Assembly: GCA_012295275.1 (NCBI GenBank) | Contig: CM022677.1 | Coordinates: forward strand, 10,974,001 to 11,038,000 | Origin: Chrysomallon squamiferum | Lineage: Eukaryota; Animalia; Mollusca | Direction of reading: 5' to 3' | DNA length: 64,000 nt | In this document: in pieces, positions 59,182-64,000 of the stretch | Layout: each line of letters begins with the position of its first letter | Position numbering within the stretch: the stretch's first letter is position 1 | Notes under the pieces: generated by a model | Databases searched by the model: none | Told to the model about the DNA's origin: nothing | Seen by the model: only the letters and a program-made list of their open reading frames with translations | Made by a program: the position numbers and the translations under genes

Positions 59182-59580
59182 CATAATTATCTCTCATATT
59201 AAGAAATCTGTTTGTAATATAAATTGCTATTTTAATACTGATTAAATATTTCAGTCAGAAGATGTGACTAATTGCATCTCAGAAAAATGTCCGCAGCTAT
59301 TGGATTCAAAAGATATAGTGAATACTGAGTACTGTAACATCTACTGTAACATTTTCAGATACCCAGTCTGATGATCTTCCAGACGACATAGGACATAGAC
59401 TCCACTGTCATAGCTGTAACCCAGCATTAAATTCACCTAAACATCTCCCCGATATGATAATCAGTTTTGTTAACCATAAGTGAAAATGTTGATTCAGTGA
59501 TCTACGCTTCCATTTACTTGCGGTCCTTTTATTGAGACAGAGCAGGATGTGATTATGACAGCTGATGAAGAAGAGATACT

Positions 59581-59642
<62 letters not shown>

Positions 59643-60842
59643 TTATATGTTATTATCTTTGCAAACAATAAATATTTTGAGCTGATATTATTCTATTGTA
59701 AAAATATAGTTTAAGCGCGTTTTAGGTATTTTCTCACAATAGTTTTAGAATGTTAGAAGTCGAGTTAAACAGACAGAGTAGTAATTTTACATCTCTATAA
59801 TTAATTCTGAATAGAAGGTGTGGCTGGGATTTGATCTCAAAGCCTGTTAGTTCAATATTTGGATGATAGCTTTAAAAACAAAAATGTTTGTGTTACTATT
59901 GCAGAATGATTAATGACCGACTGTGAGGAAATGTGTCAGTATATGTAGTGTCTCAGACAAAAGCCAGAACGTTATTGGTTTTTTGTACTTTTTCTTTTTG
60001 TCCTCATGTTTCTGTTTTACTTATACATGTTTTTTTCTCTTTGATCATTTTCCTCACTCCATTTGTGTTTTTTTTTGTTGTTGTTTTTTTTTTTTTTTGT
60101 ATGTGTTTTTTTTGCCGTCAGTTTCATTTTACTTGGATTATTATTATTATTATTGTTGTTGTTGTTGTTGTTGTTGTTGTTATATTATTCTTATTGTTTT
60201 TAATTATTGTTATTGCTATTATTATTATTTACTTTTATTACTATTAGTTATTTTTTTAAATTAATATAATTTTTTCCGTTTCTGTTCTTGCCTCGTTTTT
60301 TCATTATTAACGCAGTTTTAAGATAAATTTGAATGAACTGTTACGACTACAATAAACATCTCTTCTAAGAACTTTGAACACATTTCCGTAACAGTAATAC
60401 AAATATTCCAGTGAAGAAATTTGTGAATGTTGTTTATAATTTTCATTACAGTTTATTAATCTTGAACTCGGTAGTCTCAGAAAAACATGCTGTGTTGGTT
60501 AAACAAGTGCACACTTCAGCATCAAACCTATCTCTGAAGATGTAGCCTTTTTCACAGAACATGGTTATTGTAAACACTCATGTGAAAACAACTGGGATTT
60601 CTTCAAGTGAGGATAATGTAAATTCTCTTAACCCACTTGATCGCTGACTGTAAATCATAAACCAAAATACCTGAACTGATATAAGGAACATGTTTTTATT
60701 AGTTTACGTAAATTTCGATAAAAATATTGAGTCCTTTTTTCACATGCGCAGTTTACAAAAGGCATTTTTCTTACACATTCATATTCACAAAATTAATTTA
60801 AATAGGATCATTTAACATTTTTATACAGACAGATACATATGG

Positions 60843-60911
<69 letters not shown>

Positions 60912-63044
60912 TTGCCCATATACATTTTCCTCCTATATTTTTCGGTGATAATGCTTTTAGAATTAATGTTTGGTCTTTATTCAGAAACCTGAAAAACGCC
61001 TTCAGCTAACAATACGGCCGTTTTTACGACGAAACCGAGATTGAGAGAAATGTTTTAACGTTTGTTATGAATTTACCAGTCCTCTGATCAAAAACAATTC
61101 TGGGCCTCAGAGAAAAGAAATATTTTATTATAACCTATATTAACGTTGTTTTTTGATAATTTCATATTTTGAATAATTTTGTAAAGTTAACGTAAGATAG
61201 AAGTCTAATATCTCCGCTTCACATCTAAATATGAATATCCTCTTGAGACATTTATATTAATATTAAAATTATGCTGATGTTGTTAAAATTTTATTTTTTA
61301 TTATTGGTACAATTAGTGTACAGTTATCAAACAATAAATAAATAAATAAATATTTTTTCGGTAATGTTATTAGGTTCTCAAGTCAATATACTAATAGTAA
61401 AAGTGAAGCTGTAATATTAAGGCGGTACATTTTTTTTCAAGATCAATGTCCTTATCGTATACTGAACAATTATGGTCTTTATTAATACTATATTTATTAT
61501 TGTATTGATATTATTGAAAATTAACTGTGCACCTTTCAGTGTCACAATGTGATAGTTTGTTTTATGACAGCAGTAACATGACATTCCGCGACACAATTTA
61601 CATCTCTCCCTACATGAAATTACATGATTAATCTAAAATTCAAATTTATCAAATTATGTAATTAAGAATATATCAGATTTTTTTTTTAAACACTGAGAAA
61701 AGTAAGTTAATCTAGAATGAAATTCCATGTTTATTTAATAATTTAACTGATAATCTCTAATTAATGTAACTTTAATTTCTCATATAAATAATACAGACGT
61801 TATAAAACTTGCGTCTTATTTTGTTATCGATGGGTAACATTATCTGTGAGAACAGCAATATTCTTTAGTTAAATGTGGTTTTATAAAAGTTCACGATTTC
61901 CCATGTAATTTATGTTATAAATAAATCAATTTATTATTATTATTATCATTATTATATACTTTCTTAAAAAGAAGTATTTAGTTTTTATCTCGACAGAAAC
62001 AATACACTAAGAATAAATCTGATTTCTCTGATAACTTTACGAGGCCTAATAAAAAATTTGAAGTAATTTTTATATCCGCACTCAGAACAATTCTAATGAA
62101 ACTAAGAGAATAGCGTCAGACATATACAGGAAGCTTCCGTTTTTACAGAAAAATAAAAATATTAAGGTGTTATTACTGTTGTTGTTATTTAGCTGTTGAC
62201 AAATATGGTGTCTGCTTCACTGACTCATTGACAATTACTGGTGGAGTGGTTATTTTAATATCTAATGTAGTAAGAGAACTTCAGGTATAATAAGAAATAT
62301 AAAGTATATTACACTATACAACTTGTGCTGATGTACACTTTTTAATGAATGTAATGAAAACATTAAAATTCGCATAATAAAATAACATATTAACCTTGTT
62401 TGTTCTAAGCTAATCAGTATACACGATTGTGATATTTTTCAATATAACCTGATATATTAATAAAATATGAGATTAACACTTGTCAACATACTTAACCTAC
62501 AAACTGTAAATATCACTGCTCATAATTAATTATCATCTTTTTCTTTTTAATATTTATCTTAATATTTCTAGTTGAGAAGTACAGTGAATATTCATGAATA
62601 AAATATCGCAACCAGATAAAAATAACGTAGTGTTTTTATTAAGAAAATACACTATTTACACTGATAATTTTACGGTGCTTAATTTGTACACGTCATCACT
62701 GTCTAACTAGTATTACATGTTATTAGCTTGATCCACGGATTATACTGAATGGCTGGTGTCACCGCTACACTCTAACTATGAATGTTCTGTGTAACACAAT
62801 GTAACTAAAATACCGTGTAAACTACTACACAAATAGTTGACACGTTTTAAAATTTATTTTTGTAACTCAGTGGTAAAATTATCAGTGTAAATAGCGTTAT
62901 CCTTAAGTAAAACTGACATCTTATTTTTACTTGTTTATAATTATGTGATGTTATGTGATTTATAATGTAAATAGCGGTATCCTTAATTAAAAATATCACG
63001 TTATTTTTTATTAACTGAATACAAACTATGACAGGGTCATTTCA

Positions 63045-63120
<76 letters not shown>

Positions 63121-63324
63121 GTATCTATCATTGCATCTGTCTATTGTCATTAAGTTATATTTTGTTAAAGTGAATATAATTTTCTATTCAGCGAAAATTA
63201 AAAATAAATATGATTTATGTGATAATGTTTTTTACTGAGTAACAGAAAACAGCTACCGAAATCTCTATGTCTGTAGCCCAGTTTGCATTCATTATTTCCA
63301 CTTCTTTTTCTAAGGTTGATTAAA

Positions 63325-63384
63325 AATAATCCTGATAATTATAGATCTATTACATTTCTAAGTTGTCATGGAAAGCTTCTTAAA
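63325..63384 (+). mobile_element. Tiny LINE reverse-transcriptase fragment
   Basis: NNPDNYRSITFLSCHGKLL resembles the NYRxIxLLSxxGKLF motif at the start of non-LTR RT domains. Confidence 0.6.
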
Positions 63385-63828
63385 TAACAGCTAAAGTTGT
63401 GTCTTAAAACAAATAATATAATACTTATATTTTGAAGAACTATACCTTATTTTAATAGTTTTTATCAAAAGAATTTCATTGTTTTACAAGCAACGAAAAT
63501 TAGGAAGTATTCAACACAATACAAATGAAAGTGAGACTAATTCCTACTAACTCTCGTTAAAATGTAGGTACACGTGTGTGATCGTGGATTTATTTATTTT
63601 TGGTAGTCTTCCAGTTTATTTCTACCCTTTTTTCGCAGAGGTTTCTACGTTTTTCTACTTTACTGCTTTCCTGAATTAAAGTAACCAAATCGAACAATTT
63701 TCTCAACATTAATATAGGCAGTCGAAATCAGTCTAGTCAGCCACACGGAACTCTTAAGTACATACCTTTTTCACTTTCCTGTTTGTTGTATTTATAACAA
63801 AAATAAATGTTAGCTTAGGTATCTGTGC

Positions 63829-63868
<40 letters not shown>

Positions 63869-64000
63869 TATTTTATAGTTGTTGTTTTTCTTTATTATTG
63901 TTTTATTTTAATTTAAAGCTACCGAATTAAAATCACAACAGAAAAACTGCTACACATCCTGATAAAGGTGAGACAAGAATCATTTATTTTTATTATTATT

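Overview
AT-rich, microsatellite-dense eukaryotic (metazoan, probably molluscan - inference) genomic DNA with two 200-N assembly gaps (14094-14293, 55534-55733). Most ORFs in the supplied track are microsatellite artefacts. Only one intact protein-coding gene is supportable: a two-exon RING / coiled-coil / NHL-like propeller TRIM-type E3 ligase lacking a B-box (38653-40590, +). The rest is a mosaic of disabled but still intron-containing gene pieces, found by manual spliced translation. These are two partly duplicated CAMSAP/Patronin exon sets (16.3-18.7 kb and 50.8-52.0 kb, the second with CC1 placed before the CH exons), four phase-consistent MCC exons (43.8-46.0 kb, -), two copies of an intron-containing Sola1-like transposase remnant, a Ca-binding EGF exon, an unidentified multi-exon pseudogene (4.9-11 kb) and a disabled secreted CBM6/35-like gene (34.0-34.8 kb, -). 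They are interleaved with a Tc1 relic, hAT-like termini, a pogo-like terminus, LINE scraps, tandem repeats and local duplications. The most interesting overall pattern is a possible gene-fragment-capturing (Pack-type) composite DNA element associated with CAGGGCTCGAAAT-type ends. That is a hypothesis: no target-site duplication was found. All family assignments come from recalled motifs, not database searches.
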